This document shows, piece by piece, positions 1 to 10,467 of a stretch of 64,000 nt of DNA (within the stretch, counting starts at the first letter, position 1; every line of letters starts with the position of its first letter). The DNA comes from a virus. Its lineage: Duplodnaviria > Caudoviricetes. The position numbers and the translations under genes were made by a program. Below the pieces are notes generated by a model that was not told the DNA's origin, ran no database searches, and saw only the letters and a program-made list of their open reading frames with translations. Location of the stretch: positions 1-64,000 of the IMG/VR virus record IMGVR_UViG_3300021255_002065; one strand, 5' to 3'.

Positions 1-2
1 AT

Positions 3-3000
3 GTGGATGATGCTATGGTAAAAACGTATGAACAAACATTACGTAGAGCCATGGGTAAGATGTTGGTAAATACGCACGCTGTCATCTATCATGCTAATAA
101 TCTGAGTGATAAAAGCATTCATATGGAACGTGGATCCTCTTATTACATTGCAGATGTTCCATATGATCAATTACATTTTGGAGAACGTGATGAATTCATT
201 CGTCAAAAGTTAAACAAAATGCATGATTCTGTAAATCAACAATACATTCACGTGTCGGAATTTACCACAAATGCATATACGAAACTATTGGATTTCTCAC
301 TGCTATGTACCATCAATGGCAAAATCTGTAATGAATTCTATGTGGGATTCAATGATCATGGATTCCGTTTTAAGTTTGCATATGGTGGTTTGGGCAATGC
401 GGAAGTCATCATTTATAAACTCGACCAAACAGATGTGACAGTAATGCAACTTTCCCCATCTGATATTAACGGAACCTATCTTAAGTTTGACACCGGTAAA
501 ATATCTGATGTATCCCAGAATTGCATTGTTGATATTTATATGGATGATTATATCAAGCAAGTACAAGTTGTTCCAAACTTTGGTACGATTGATGAGAAGG
601 GTGTACTGTACATTCCTCATTTGCAAATTGCTGTATTACAAATGTTGGAACGTTATCAGCCCACCAGTTTAACAATGATGATTTATCACACAAAATTTTT
701 GCATGAAATCAATGGTGTTTTTCCTGCATTAAATTATATGAATTTCACGCACAATCGTCCTGTTTATACGGATCTAAATAATCCCGTTGTGAATTTGGAT
801 GGAGATCCCATTGTTGCTTCCACACAGGATGACACACCCTTTTATGATCCACCCATCTGTACACCTCCAATCTGTATTGATCGAACATATGATTTACAGT
901 TTGATGTATTGGTGAAATGTGTCAATCTGTATCAGTATATGGAAATACACCGTCAAACTATTTCCAAAGTAACAGAAGCATTATTGATGAAGAGTTTTAA
1001 AACATATGAACAGTTCAAAACGAAAGTGATTACACCATTAAGGAATGTATATCAGTCTTTATATCCATATTATACAGCATATGTGAAAGGTGCATTATTG
1101 ACAAATCTGGTTTCTTCGAACTTAATATCAGAATTCTCGGATTTCATGGAATCTATTGATCGTTTAACATTCTATTCAGAAGATGATTGGGATAACAAAT
1201 ATGATTATCGTGAGTTGATTCATCCGGCATTCTATGAAGAAGCATACCAGGCATTTGTGGAAAGATTGTCGGATCCATATCGTGGTTGTAAATCATTACA
1301 AGTATTCAATAACATGCAAGCAGATATTGAGAATTTCTTATTAGAACAGGCATCTCCGAATCGATTCAATCGACCAATCGCAGAACAGTGTTTCATTTCA
1401 TTGGCATATTCTAAAGATGACCAAGCATGGGTATTTGCATATCCCAATATCAAACGTTTCAAAGGAATCGAGAATACCTTCTATATCAATGATCATCTAT
1501 ATGAAGATGATATGTTCAAATTCTTTGTGTTATATACTGATACCTTCTATCCAAGTGCACAAGAAATTGACGATACATTCACATTGACAGATGTATTGGA
1601 TTATGATACCTTTATTACAGAGACAGAACGTTATCTCGGCTTTATCAGATACTGGGATGTCGAAAATCAATTGATGAAATTGTCGAAGATCTTATATGGA
1701 ACATATTCGGATGAAACAGTTGTGCAAGTCATGTCTGATATGTTACGTGGTAAGATTGATACAAAGGATCTGGTTCACACGGACTGGTCTCAGATACAAT
1801 ATGATCGTGCGAATATCACATCCGACCAGATTCATCAGTATACAGAATCTTCCGAAAGAGCACCGTTTGCATTGAACTATCTGTTCTACACACTTTCTAT
1901 ATTGAATGATGGTGATGATAATTCACAAGCGATGTTCTATCATATTTTAACAAATGACAAGTTTGATGAAAGATATTTGGATTATAACATTTCAAAAGCA
2001 TTTGAAAATCAACCAATGATTCCCGTGAACTTTTCTCAATTCTATACCTCATTTGCAGTTAATACAACAACATCGAATATATTGAATGATGGGAATTCCC
2101 ATTTGTATTATGGGATTCCAGGTATTTTTAAAGGAACCACACGTTTGGACAATGATGCATATGCTTACACATTTGGAGATTATGGACAAACAGACACAAA
2201 GTATATGTTAATTGACAACATGGCAATTGATCAAGAACATTGGTTGATGGGGACTTCAATTGGATTGCAAGTATATTATTACGACATGCAATTGGCTAAG
2301 TTGTGTACAAAATATTTGAATTGTGTTCGTGATCTCATCAGTTATTTGGAAACGAATTACAAGACTGGTGTAAACCACACATTTGTCATAGAATCTTCCA
2401 AAGAAGCATTGGAAAAGATTTATGATGAATTGGTGAAATTCCGAAATACCACATCGGATAAACCACATCATTACACAGAGCTTACATTAAATCATTTGAT
2501 TGATCATGAGCCATTTTTGAAACATGGAACTACGAATGGTATTTTGGACAAGTTGTTGAATATGTATTTACAATTGCAATCTGATAATAAATGGGATTTT
2601 GGTACAACAAGGATATGGACAAATCCGCTTTCCATTACACGTGACACATATCAAAACCTGTATCGGAGTATTGATTGGTGGTTGAAGTGTTTGAAGCATA
2701 TGTATTATCGATATGGATTTAAAACAAATACCATTCGTCGTGTTCGGAATCTGTATTTATATTTCAAGAAATTCCATAAGCAGCAAAACATTTATCAATT
2801 CAAACAATTGCATTTGCATTTTGATCACGGGTATTTTTACAATCATGATTCCATTGCAAATGCCGTTTCTGATTTGGATGACACGGATCAATCACCTGCA
2901 CGTACGACATTTAAAAATCAACCATCTACAATGTATAAAAACTTGGATGAATTTCGTGATGGATTATTAAATAATCTAAATGATTTTGATGTTTATCAAG

Positions 3001-6000
3001 AGATCTTAACATCCATTGAAGATGCAAAAAATAATTACATTGCAAACATGGAAGAATATGTAAATGATGCCATGGAAAATTATGTATTCGACATGTATGT
3101 GATTGATGAAATTCAAGAATATGACAGTACCGTACCAGATGATCGAGATACCACAGTCTCACCATGGAATGAACAGCCATCATACATGATGGTCACGTTA
3201 ACGAGTTCTCCAGATGATAATCATCTATACCCTCCATTGAGAAAACCATCCACATCAAGTACACAGAATTTATATTTCAATGTCGCATCTCAATATATTG
3301 ATGGAAAATATGTTGTGAAAAGACATGGTGGAATCCGTAAGAATTGTGAATATGTATTCTTTAATGGAAATACATTGGAAGATTTGACATTCTCATTCTA
3401 TCGAAAAGATGGAACCATGATTGCAGATCGTTCTGGTCGTATCACATTCCGTAGAATCAGTAATTCTGCACAATTATTACAATCGATGGAGATGTTGTAT
3501 CATACCACAAATACACATGTGGATTTGCAAAACATCCATGAAGATATGCATGTGAACAACGATGGATACACAGTTGTATCCAAAGTGAATGGTTCCAATT
3601 ATGAGATGTTATATGGTAATCGTTATCAACAATTACAGCATACTTCGGAAATGATTCTACAAAAGAGAACCATGTTACCGGGATCGATTGATCGCATCTA
3701 TTTATCAAATCAAGATATCAATCGATTCATTCTCAGTGATGTTGGCAGCTGTCCAACAACAGAATTATTTTTCAAACCATCACAAATTATACATCCGGAG
3801 ATCACGATCACGAATAATGCAACAACTGGTCAAGATATAGAATCTATTGGTGGTAAATACTTCGAAAATCAAAAGATTTATATTATAACAAATGATGATT
3901 TACATTATACTTTCCCAGCTTATATCACAGCAATTGATCATTCCCAATCTCGTGGATTCGTGGAAGCACGAGTAGATCATCGTCATGCAAAATGGATTTC
4001 CATGACAGATCCCACATTGATTCATCGGTATCTTACAACTGATATCCCATGTACAGTATTGGATGATAACATTTCCAACTTCTTAGATGAATTTTCCAAT
4101 TCAGATTACAAGATGTACTATAATCCATCGTATGATCCAGAATTAGAATTCTACGATGAAGATTATCCCGATATGTTATCAGTACCTGGAGACCCTGTGT
4201 ATGTTTATACACATGGGGATTATGTATATACTCGTGTGAATGGCATGTTCCATAACATCATTCCAAATCCATATCCAGATGAAGCACATAAACATTATCG
4301 TTTCCATTTTATGGGATGGAATTGTTGGCATCGTTACGAGAATGAATTGCCACATATGTGCGTGAAATTAATGAATGTAAATCGTTCTTTATTGACAGAT
4401 CCAGAATTGTATCCGATTTTAAGAGACGAACCAAATGATCATAATGTGATCAATTTGGAAAAGCTCACATATCAAAAATTGATGGAGAAGTTAGAATCGA
4501 AGATTGCAATGGAAAAAGATACGTTACAAGAGTTGCACACACAACTGGCTCAGACATCCACGGTAAGCAAACGTATCAAATTACAACGTCAAATTGAACA
4601 ATCGGAATTGAATATAAAATCCATGGAAGATAAGGTTTCCAAATTAACATCTTATTTGGATGAACCAGAGCATGCGACAACGTGGTATAATGTCACATCA
4701 TATGAAGCTGCACAAACCTATATGACAAATGATCGAACAAGACTTCCCAGAACATATGAGTTCGATGTACGTGACATTCCCATGTCCAGTAAATTGGAAG
4801 TGTTGTTGTATAATTGGGATAAAAAGGAATGGATTAAACCATCATCGTATACTGTCAAGACAGTTGCGACTGACACATACACCTATACCAATTTTGATGA
4901 CACGGATGTATATGATGCTTATCGTGTACGCACGTTCAATCGTGTATATATCGAAGGTATCAACAATGAAGAGTTCCCTGAAGCAGACAGAATCTTCATT
5001 TATTTCGCATATCAAACGGCAGATGTATTTGATGAAATCACGTTGCATGATAAAACATGCAATGTTCGTTTCAAACCGATTCTGTCAACAAACAACAATA
5101 TTCCAGATAATCCGGATGAAATCAAAACAGATGTGTATGATAAGTTATGTATCAGAAAGCATTTGGATTTGGAAGAAAACTACCATTATGATGCAACTGG
5201 AACATTGGAAGCACACTCATCCAAAGAAAATTGGGAAGCTTATTTCCATGATATCAAACCAGATTTAAATGATGCAGAGACTGCAATGGTATTTAAAATC
5301 AAACGGAACAGCTTGCCACATCGAGGAGATCGACCATATACACCAAAACCAAGATTCTGTCATATGGATGTATATCTCAATGATTATGGCAGTGATGGAA
5401 CCACAATCCATGAAACAGCAAAAGAATATCATGTATTGGTAAAGAATCCATTGATTGATACACACACGCCAATGCCATTGTATCAAAACACATATGTTGC
5501 AACAATCATACAGCCAATTGACAATTTCTTATCTGGTGAGGATATCAAGTTGATTTGTATCGACAATCAAAAATCTCAATATGATGGGAATGTATCATCC
5601 ATCATATTCCATGGAATTGCCGATGTGGATGAAAATCAGAATCAAGTCATCAGAATTATCGATTCAAATGTAGACTTGGATCACAATAATTCATATACAT
5701 GTACAGTGTTACATGATTCCGATTATGGTTGCATCGGTGGTCTCATCAATATTGATGTGTCAAAGGAACTGATCACACCAAATTACACCACAAATGATGA
5801 TGCATGGATTGAGATACCATCGGAATATGTATTATATATGGAAATTCCAGATGAATTCGTTCTGATTCCGGATCATCCATATACGCCACCATGCACATGC
5901 GACATCAATATCTCGGTAACATACAAAAAAGCATCCAGTGATCAGATTACAAATGATGGCACATATATGATGAACCCTTTCGAGTATCACTATGATGCAA

Positions 6001-7055
6001 TCAACAAACTTCGTTACCCCATATCAAATATTCGTCATGAGCAATATGATAAGCGATTAACATATCATGGTGGAGGTCCATATTTATCGGGAACCGATCG
6101 AGAATACAGGCAAGTGGTTCGTTCTAATCATCTGCATGTATGTAGATATTGTTGTTACAATATTCCCGAGAATGGATTCATTGATGTAACTGGATATGTT
6201 CCAACACCTCTATCCAGACGAAGATATGAGTTCTGGGTAAACGGTCGTCAGCTCAAAGGTGTTGAGAATCTGATTATCTTATCACCAACATCTTTCCAAT
6301 TAATCAATCTGGTTTCTTTAAAGAATTTTGAATTGATTGAATTGGTAGATGATGTAAATGACACACTCTTATCGAATAAGAATAGCGTTTATATTGACTT
6401 GGAAGGGAATGTATATGCATCGTATCAACAAGCTTTCTTATCTAATCATGAATTAATCGGACAAGACATGCGATATGCATTTTATGGATATCCCAATCAC
6501 ACAAACCTTCAAGACATTAGTATGGGTTTCATTACAAATCCGAATAATGTAGATGTAGAACCAAATATCATGGATAGTTGGAATAATGGATATCTGAATG
6601 AGGATGAGTATGACGATTATAATGAATATTATAATATCCCCAAAATCAATGGTGTCTCGATCTATCATCCCACATCAGATGATTTGGGTATGAGAGAAAT
6701 TCCAAATTATCAAATTCTTCCCTATTTTGATCAAGCATGGAAAAAAGAAATTTTAACAAATCCATTATTCCCCATGACACATTTTGATGGAAGTATGACA
6801 ACAAACCAATTGTATGTATTACTTCACATCACCGAAAGCCTTGACAAGTTTACGATTCATACAACGGGGACATATACTAAGTTCTTCACACTATATGTTT
6901 CCAAGAGTCAGACAGCTTCTATTGCAGATGTAAATAATACAATTCAAATCATTCCATTTATTCATGTAGGAACAAGAGTTATCTTAGACAAAGATGTTCG
7001 TGGATATTGGATTCATGCAACTGTGGAAAATTATATACCACAAAAAATACAATAA
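3..7055 (+). CDS. Giant (>=2350 aa) putative virion structural protein, possibly 5'-truncated by the window edge
   Basis: Uninterrupted ORF, Tyr/Asp/Asn-rich with a short coiled coil. Size and the C-terminal 'YEFWVNGRQL...LIILSPT' segment resemble giant structural proteins of jumbo phages; no catalytic motifs seen. Confidence 0.6.
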   Translation: MDDAMVKTYEQTLRRAMGKMLVNTHAVIYHANNLSDKSIHMERGSSYYIADVPYDQLHFGERDEFIRQKLNKMHDSVNQQYIHVSEFTTNAYTKLLDFSLLCTINGKICNEFYVGFNDHGFRFKFAYGGLGNAEVIIYKLDQTDVTVMQLSPSDINGTYLKFDTGKISDVSQNCIVDIYMDDYIKQVQVVPNFGTIDEKGVLYIPHLQIAVLQMLERYQPTSLTMMIYHTKFLHEINGVFPALNYMNFTHNRPVYTDLNNPVVNLDGDPIVASTQDDTPFYDPPICTPPICIDRTYDLQFDVLVKCVNLYQYMEIHRQTISKVTEALLMKSFKTYEQFKTKVITPLRNVYQSLYPYYTAYVKGALLTNLVSSNLISEFSDFMESIDRLTFYSEDDWDNKYDYRELIHPAFYEEAYQAFVERLSDPYRGCKSLQVFNNMQADIENFLLEQASPNRFNRPIAEQCFISLAYSKDDQAWVFAYPNIKRFKGIENTFYINDHLYEDDMFKFFVLYTDTFYPSAQEIDDTFTLTDVLDYDTFITETERYLGFIRYWDVENQLMKLSKILYGTYSDETVVQVMSDMLRGKIDTKDLVHTDWSQIQYDRANITSDQIHQYTESSERAPFALNYLFYTLSILNDGDDNSQAMFYHILTNDKFDERYLDYNISKAFENQPMIPVNFSQFYTSFAVNTTTSNILNDGNSHLYYGIPGIFKGTTRLDNDAYAYTFGDYGQTDTKYMLIDNMAIDQEHWLMGTSIGLQVYYYDMQLAKLCTKYLNCVRDLISYLETNYKTGVNHTFVIESSKEALEKIYDELVKFRNTTSDKPHHYTELTLNHLIDHEPFLKHGTTNGILDKLLNMYLQLQSDNKWDFGTTRIWTNPLSITRDTYQNLYRSIDWWLKCLKHMYYRYGFKTNTIRRVRNLYLYFKKFHKQQNIYQFKQLHLHFDHGYFYNHDSIANAVSDLDDTDQSPARTTFKNQPSTMYKNLDEFRDGLLNNLNDFDVYQEILTSIEDAKNNYIANMEEYVNDAMENYVFDMYVIDEIQEYDSTVPDDRDTTVSPWNEQPSYMMVTLTSSPDDNHLYPPLRKPSTSSTQNLYFNVASQYIDGKYVVKRHGGIRKNCEYVFFNGNTLEDLTFSFYRKDGTMIADRSGRITFRRISNSAQLLQSMEMLYHTTNTHVDLQNIHEDMHVNNDGYTVVSKVNGSNYEMLYGNRYQQLQHTSEMILQKRTMLPGSIDRIYLSNQDINRFILSDVGSCPTTELFFKPSQIIHPEITITNNATTGQDIESIGGKYFENQKIYIITNDDLHYTFPAYITAIDHSQSRGFVEARVDHRHAKWISMTDPTLIHRYLTTDIPCTVLDDNISNFLDEFSNSDYKMYYNPSYDPELEFYDEDYPDMLSVPGDPVYVYTHGDYVYTRVNGMFHNIIPNPYPDEAHKHYRFHFMGWNCWHRYENELPHMCVKLMNVNRSLLTDPELYPILRDEPNDHNVINLEKLTYQKLMEKLESKIAMEKDTLQELHTQLAQTSTVSKRIKLQRQIEQSELNIKSMEDKVSKLTSYLDEPEHATTWYNVTSYEAAQTYMTNDRTRLPRTYEFDVRDIPMSSKLEVLLYNWDKKEWIKPSSYTVKTVATDTYTYTNFDDTDVYDAYRVRTFNRVYIEGINNEEFPEADRIFIYFAYQTADVFDEITLHDKTCNVRFKPILSTNNNIPDNPDEIKTDVYDKLCIRKHLDLEENYHYDATGTLEAHSSKENWEAYFHDIKPDLNDAETAMVFKIKRNSLPHRGDRPYTPKPRFCHMDVYLNDYGSDGTTIHETAKEYHVLVKNPLIDTHTPMPLYQNTYVATIIQPIDNFLSGEDIKLICIDNQKSQYDGNVSSIIFHGIADVDENQNQVIRIIDSNVDLDHNNSYTCTVLHDSDYGCIGGLINIDVSKELITPNYTTNDDAWIEIPSEYVLYMEIPDEFVLIPDHPYTPPCTCDINISVTYKKASSDQITNDGTYMMNPFEYHYDAINKLRYPISNIRHEQYDKRLTYHGGGPYLSGTDREYRQVVRSNHLHVCRYCCYNIPENGFIDVTGYVPTPLSRRRYEFWVNGRQLKGVENLIILSPTSFQLINLVSLKNFELIELVDDVNDTLLSNKNSVYIDLEGNVYASYQQAFLSNHELIGQDMRYAFYGYPNHTNLQDISMGFITNPNNVDVEPNIMDSWNNGYLNEDEYDDYNEYYNIPKINGVSIYHPTSDDLGMREIPNYQILPYFDQAWKKEILTNPLFPMTHFDGSMTTNQLYVLLHITESLDKFTIHTTGTYTKFFTLYVSKSQTASIADVNNTIQIIPFIHVGTRVILDKDVRGYWIHATVENYIPQKIQ

Positions 7056-7061
7056 CAGAAC

Positions 7062-7107
7062 AAGAAAAACGGCTCTCTATACCTAGTCTCTGAGAGCCGT
7101 TTTCTTT
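7062..7107. terminator. Bidirectional intrinsic terminator between convergent genes
   Basis: AAGAAAAACGGCTCTC...GAGAGCCGTTTTCTTT inverted repeat flanked by A and T tracts. Confidence 0.75.
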
Positions 7108-7116
7108 GGTTATTAA

Positions 7117-7578
7117 TCACAGTCCTTTTGCTGCTCTCAATAACCATTTCTGTCTGTGACTGTATTCACCGGTTGGAATGCCAGCCATAAACATGTTTGT
7201 TTTCGGATTAAATTTGTACATCGATAAGAGTGCATTTTTATATATTTTCAATGCCTCCTTTTCACCGTGGCGTTTTGCCAAAACACCAACGGCGAATTCA
7301 TCTGCTCTACATTCATCCTGTGTATTGCAGATGATATGCCCCAGTTCGTGCAGTAACACGAAGTCCAAAGCAAAAAGAGTGTATCCGAGGAAGTCCTCTT
7401 TTACGAGGAAGACTTCCTTTGACCGTATGTAGCACCATGCGAGAGTTAATTTTTCGCCTGCTCTCTCCCGCGTCTTCGGATACTTGTTTATGTCATCCCT
7501 GGAGATAACATAAATTTTGATGCCGTGATCTCTCGCCAATTTGAGTGTACGAGAGTCCATATTTTTTGAAAATTTCAT
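7117..7578 (-). CDS. Small HExxH zinc-metallopeptidase-like protein (ImmA/IrrE-like motif pattern)
   Basis: LLHELGH followed by E-x-x-A-D (DECRADEFA). Start moved to MKFSK, which follows the SD AAAGGAGG. Confidence 0.65.
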   Translation of the reverse strand: MKFSKNMDSRTLKLARDHGIKIYVISRDDINKYPKTRERAGEKLTLAWCYIRSKEVFLVKEDFLGYTLFALDFVLLHELGHIICNTQDECRADEFAVGVLAKRHGEKEALKIYKNALLSMYKFNPKTNMFMAGIPTGEYSHRQKWLLRAAKGL

Positions 7579-7613
7579 ATGAAATCCTCCTTTCAAATTA
7601 TTATTTATTGATT

Positions 7614-7645
7614 CATATGATAATATCATATTAATTATATATAGA
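7614..7645 (-). promoter_or_regulatory. Putative phage promoter motif plus hairpin (copy 1)
   Basis: ATATATAATTAATATGA running into the hairpin ATATGATATTATCATAT; the motif recurs at 10.1, 19.0, 30.6 and 37.3 kb. Confidence 0.6.
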
Positions 7646-7673
7646 TATAAAATCAAAATAATAGAAACACGTT

Positions 7674-7693
7674 CGGGGCCCATATGGGCCCCG
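7674..7693. repeat. Perfect palindrome, ATAT-centred family
   Basis: CGGGGCCCATATGGGCCCCG. Confidence 0.9.
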
Positions 7694-7721
7694 CATCACA
7701 AAATAAGAAAGGAGAAAAAAT

Positions 7722-7817
7722 ATGCACAAAGTACATCACACAGATCCTTGCCTCATCTATGTAATGCCAATATGCAAAGTTATGAATAAGAATATGAAAC
7801 CCTGTTATCGAATATGA
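7722..7817 (+). CDS. Possible 31-aa micro-ORF (MHKVHHTDPCLIYVMPICKVMNKNMKPCYRI)
   Basis: Strong SD AAGAAAGGAG upstream of the ATG, just after the palindrome; no other support. Confidence 0.3.
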   Translation: MHKVHHTDPCLIYVMPICKVMNKNMKPCYRI

Positions 7818-8010
7818 CGTCCGTTTCACATTCGACTAATACATTGTCTGTAGTATACAAAAATAAATACAAAAAAGATACACGTTCCACACCCCCGATT
7901 GGGGGTGTGTAATTGTGCATTTTCAGAGGAGGTAAACTTTATGAACTGGGGGACATTGTATAATGTCCCGTCACCCGCATCCGCAGAGCAAGCCCGAATC
8001 TGCGAATTAT

Positions 8011-9195
8011 TCATTTGTTCGGATTGGCATTCTTCATTGCTTGCAAGATGCTTTGTTCCATTTGTACCGCACGAGCATCTTTGGTTTTCACCATATTAGA
8101 CTGATACAACATCTGTTGCTGTTGATTCTGATTGCTTGAATACTTTAAGTCATTCAGGAATCCATCAATATCAGACTGTAAAGAGTGATTCAAGTTACCA
8201 TTATTTGCTGCATTCAAGTCATCCAACAAATCACCAGTCGTATATTGTTTACCATGAATAATGTCATAATATTCAGAACCAGCACCATCTTTCATCCAAT
8301 CGAATTCGACAGGAGCTCTCTTTTCTTCCATTTTACTTTGATGGAACCAGTTGTTGGACGGTAATGCAAATCGAGAGAAGGTTCCATTTGCCACCTTGAT
8401 AACGGTAGATATCGGAGTATCCATACCACGTTGATGTGCAGCATACATTTGATTCCATTCATTCTCACCTGTGATAGCAACTTCATACCGCTGTGCTTCC
8501 ACAGGTAATTTCTTCTTTTTCTTCTTAGATTCATCATCCTTGGTAATCACAGTCGCAGTGCCATTGATGATGGCTTTCAATGTTGCTGGGTCATCAATAA
8601 TGGTTGTCCAGTTCAGATATAATTTCGGAAGCTGACAATATTCAAACTTAATATTTCCTTTATTAAATTCTTTGACCGCTTCCTCATATGTCATCCATGG
8701 GTAATCATGTTTTAATGAATATTGGATTGCTTCCATGATAATCTTAACCGCATTAACATAATCCGGCTGGTTATAATAACACTTCTGCAATCTATCCAGC
8801 TTCTGGAAGATTTCCTTCTTTTCCTCATCGCCATATAATTCTTCATCCGTCTTGTGATAAGGTAAATTGGGATTGGGACGAACAATACTTGTTTCCATGT
8901 CTTTCCTGAGTTGCTCCTTTTCTTTTGGAGACAATTCAATGACTAACACATCTTTCTTCGTCGCTTCTCGTTTCTTTTGTTCCAGCTTTCGTTTCATCAA
9001 CTCAGCATGGTTCTGTTTGAATTCTTCGATGTCATCCTCGTTGTCCATGATTTCTGATTCGAGTTCCATTTGATACATTTCCAAATCTGTTTTCAGTGCA
9101 TCATCCATAATGACTGAAATCCCTTTGGACATCTTCTCCAGTATCTCACGTAACTCATCTTTGTCGTAGGTATAGATATACTCATTCTCATCCAT
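8011..9195 (-). CDS. Hypothetical protein (394 aa, charged)
   Basis: Long ORF with SD AAAGTGAGGG; shares a 32-nt upstream element with the DNA polymerase gene. Confidence 0.8.
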   Translation of the reverse strand: MDENEYIYTYDKDELREILEKMSKGISVIMDDALKTDLEMYQMELESEIMDNEDDIEEFKQNHAELMKRKLEQKKREATKKDVLVIELSPKEKEQLRKDMETSIVRPNPNLPYHKTDEELYGDEEKKEIFQKLDRLQKCYYNQPDYVNAVKIIMEAIQYSLKHDYPWMTYEEAVKEFNKGNIKFEYCQLPKLYLNWTTIIDDPATLKAIINGTATVITKDDESKKKKKKLPVEAQRYEVAITGENEWNQMYAAHQRGMDTPISTVIKVANGTFSRFALPSNNWFHQSKMEEKRAPVEFDWMKDGAGSEYYDIIHGKQYTTGDLLDDLNAANNGNLNHSLQSDIDGFLNDLKYSSNQNQQQQMLYQSNMVKTKDARAVQMEQSILQAMKNANPNK

Positions 9196-9258
9196 AACTA
9201 CACACCCTCACTTTCATTATTTGTGTATTCCTTCAGTATTATATTATTACTTAATATA

Positions 9259-9290
9259 ATTGACCTCCGGTCAATTTAATCATATACATG
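9259..9290 (-). promoter_or_regulatory. Conserved 32-nt promoter/operator element
   Basis: CATGTATATGATTAAATTGACCGGAGGTCAAT, 30/32 identical to 30716-30747. Confidence 0.7.
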
Positions 9291-9353
9291 TGAAAAAAAG
9301 AAAAGTGAATGAATGATGTGATAATCCCCCGAAGGGGCAGAGACAGGAGCATA

Positions 9354-10040
9354 TCACAGCTCCCATCTCTTGTCAAGCTCTTCCTGTGGAATAGTTCTGA
9401 TAACTTCCGTCAGAAAGAGCTGGCATTCGTATTTTCCTACTTCATTGAATTCTTGTACCATTTGGCACAACTCGTCAAATGTATATGTGGACTTTAATGA
9501 ATCTGCAACAGTTCCACTTGGGATTCCGGCATCCACAAGTGTTTCTATTAGCATCACATCAAGGTCTCGTACCAGCTCTTGAATGTTCCAGGACATGTCC
9601 TGGAATTCATCTCTGATGACGGTGAAGAATTGATCAGTACCAGCAGAATTCTCAACCAGTGTTTTTGCACTGATTAAGGATGAATTCAATTCCTCTCTGA
9701 TTTCATACGCAAATTCCTTCGCAGATTCGGTCAGAGAATGTCCTGTAAGCAACATTATAGCAGAAGAGCCGAGGGTCTCGAGAACCCATGATGTGGCATC
9801 ATTTTCATCATCGAGATATTCATCCGGTTTGAATACCTTACTGCCACCGATGATGATAGTCGGCTGTTTGTTAGCATCATAGCTAACTTCAACATCTGTT
9901 TCACCGACTAGAAATAGATGTTTCTCGTCTGCACCAGGAGTGCAGACTTTGAACATGGGTCCATAGCAGTCTTCAATATATCGAGTGCAGATACCCATGT
10001 CCTCTGATAATTTTTCCATTTTAAATTCATATGTTGTCAT
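9354..10040 (-). CDS. Hypothetical acidic protein (228 aa)
   Basis: ORF with SD AAGGAGG, downstream of promoter motif copy 2. Confidence 0.8.
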   Translation of the reverse strand: MTTYEFKMEKLSEDMGICTRYIEDCYGPMFKVCTPGADEKHLFLVGETDVEVSYDANKQPTIIIGGSKVFKPDEYLDDENDATSWVLETLGSSAIMLLTGHSLTESAKEFAYEIREELNSSLISAKTLVENSAGTDQFFTVIRDEFQDMSWNIQELVRDLDVMLIETLVDAGIPSGTVADSLKSTYTFDELCQMVQEFNEVGKYECQLFLTEVIRTIPQEELDKRWEL

Positions 10041-10118
10041 AAGATTACCTCCTTTTTAGAATCTGAACATATCGACCTAAATAGGTTCCTATGACATGAT
10101 ATGCCAGATATAATAATA

Positions 10119-10156
10119 TTGATATATTTCTATATCATATTAATGATATCTATATG
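10119..10156 (-). promoter_or_regulatory. Putative phage promoter motif plus hairpin (copy 2)
   Basis: ATAGATATCATTAATATGA then TGATATA-GAAA-TATATCA. Confidence 0.6.
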
Positions 10157-10467
10157 AAAAGGAAGAATAATAGAATACCCGCCGAAAGGCGGGTTCATTT
10201 CATTATCATAACATAAAGGATTTCCTTGGCGGAGTAAATGTATACAATATACTGATATGACTTATATTCATATTCAATTCCCATAGTATACATTGTATAT
10301 ACTATGTATAATATTATATACCCTCCTCTTATCATCCCGTCAATATGTAGTAACAGTTTTTATTATAAAATATTATAAAGATATTAATAAATCCATATAT
10401 ACAGGTACTATATACACCAATCAAACCCAATCATAAATCTTTTAATATAGAAAGTAGGTGAATAAAC

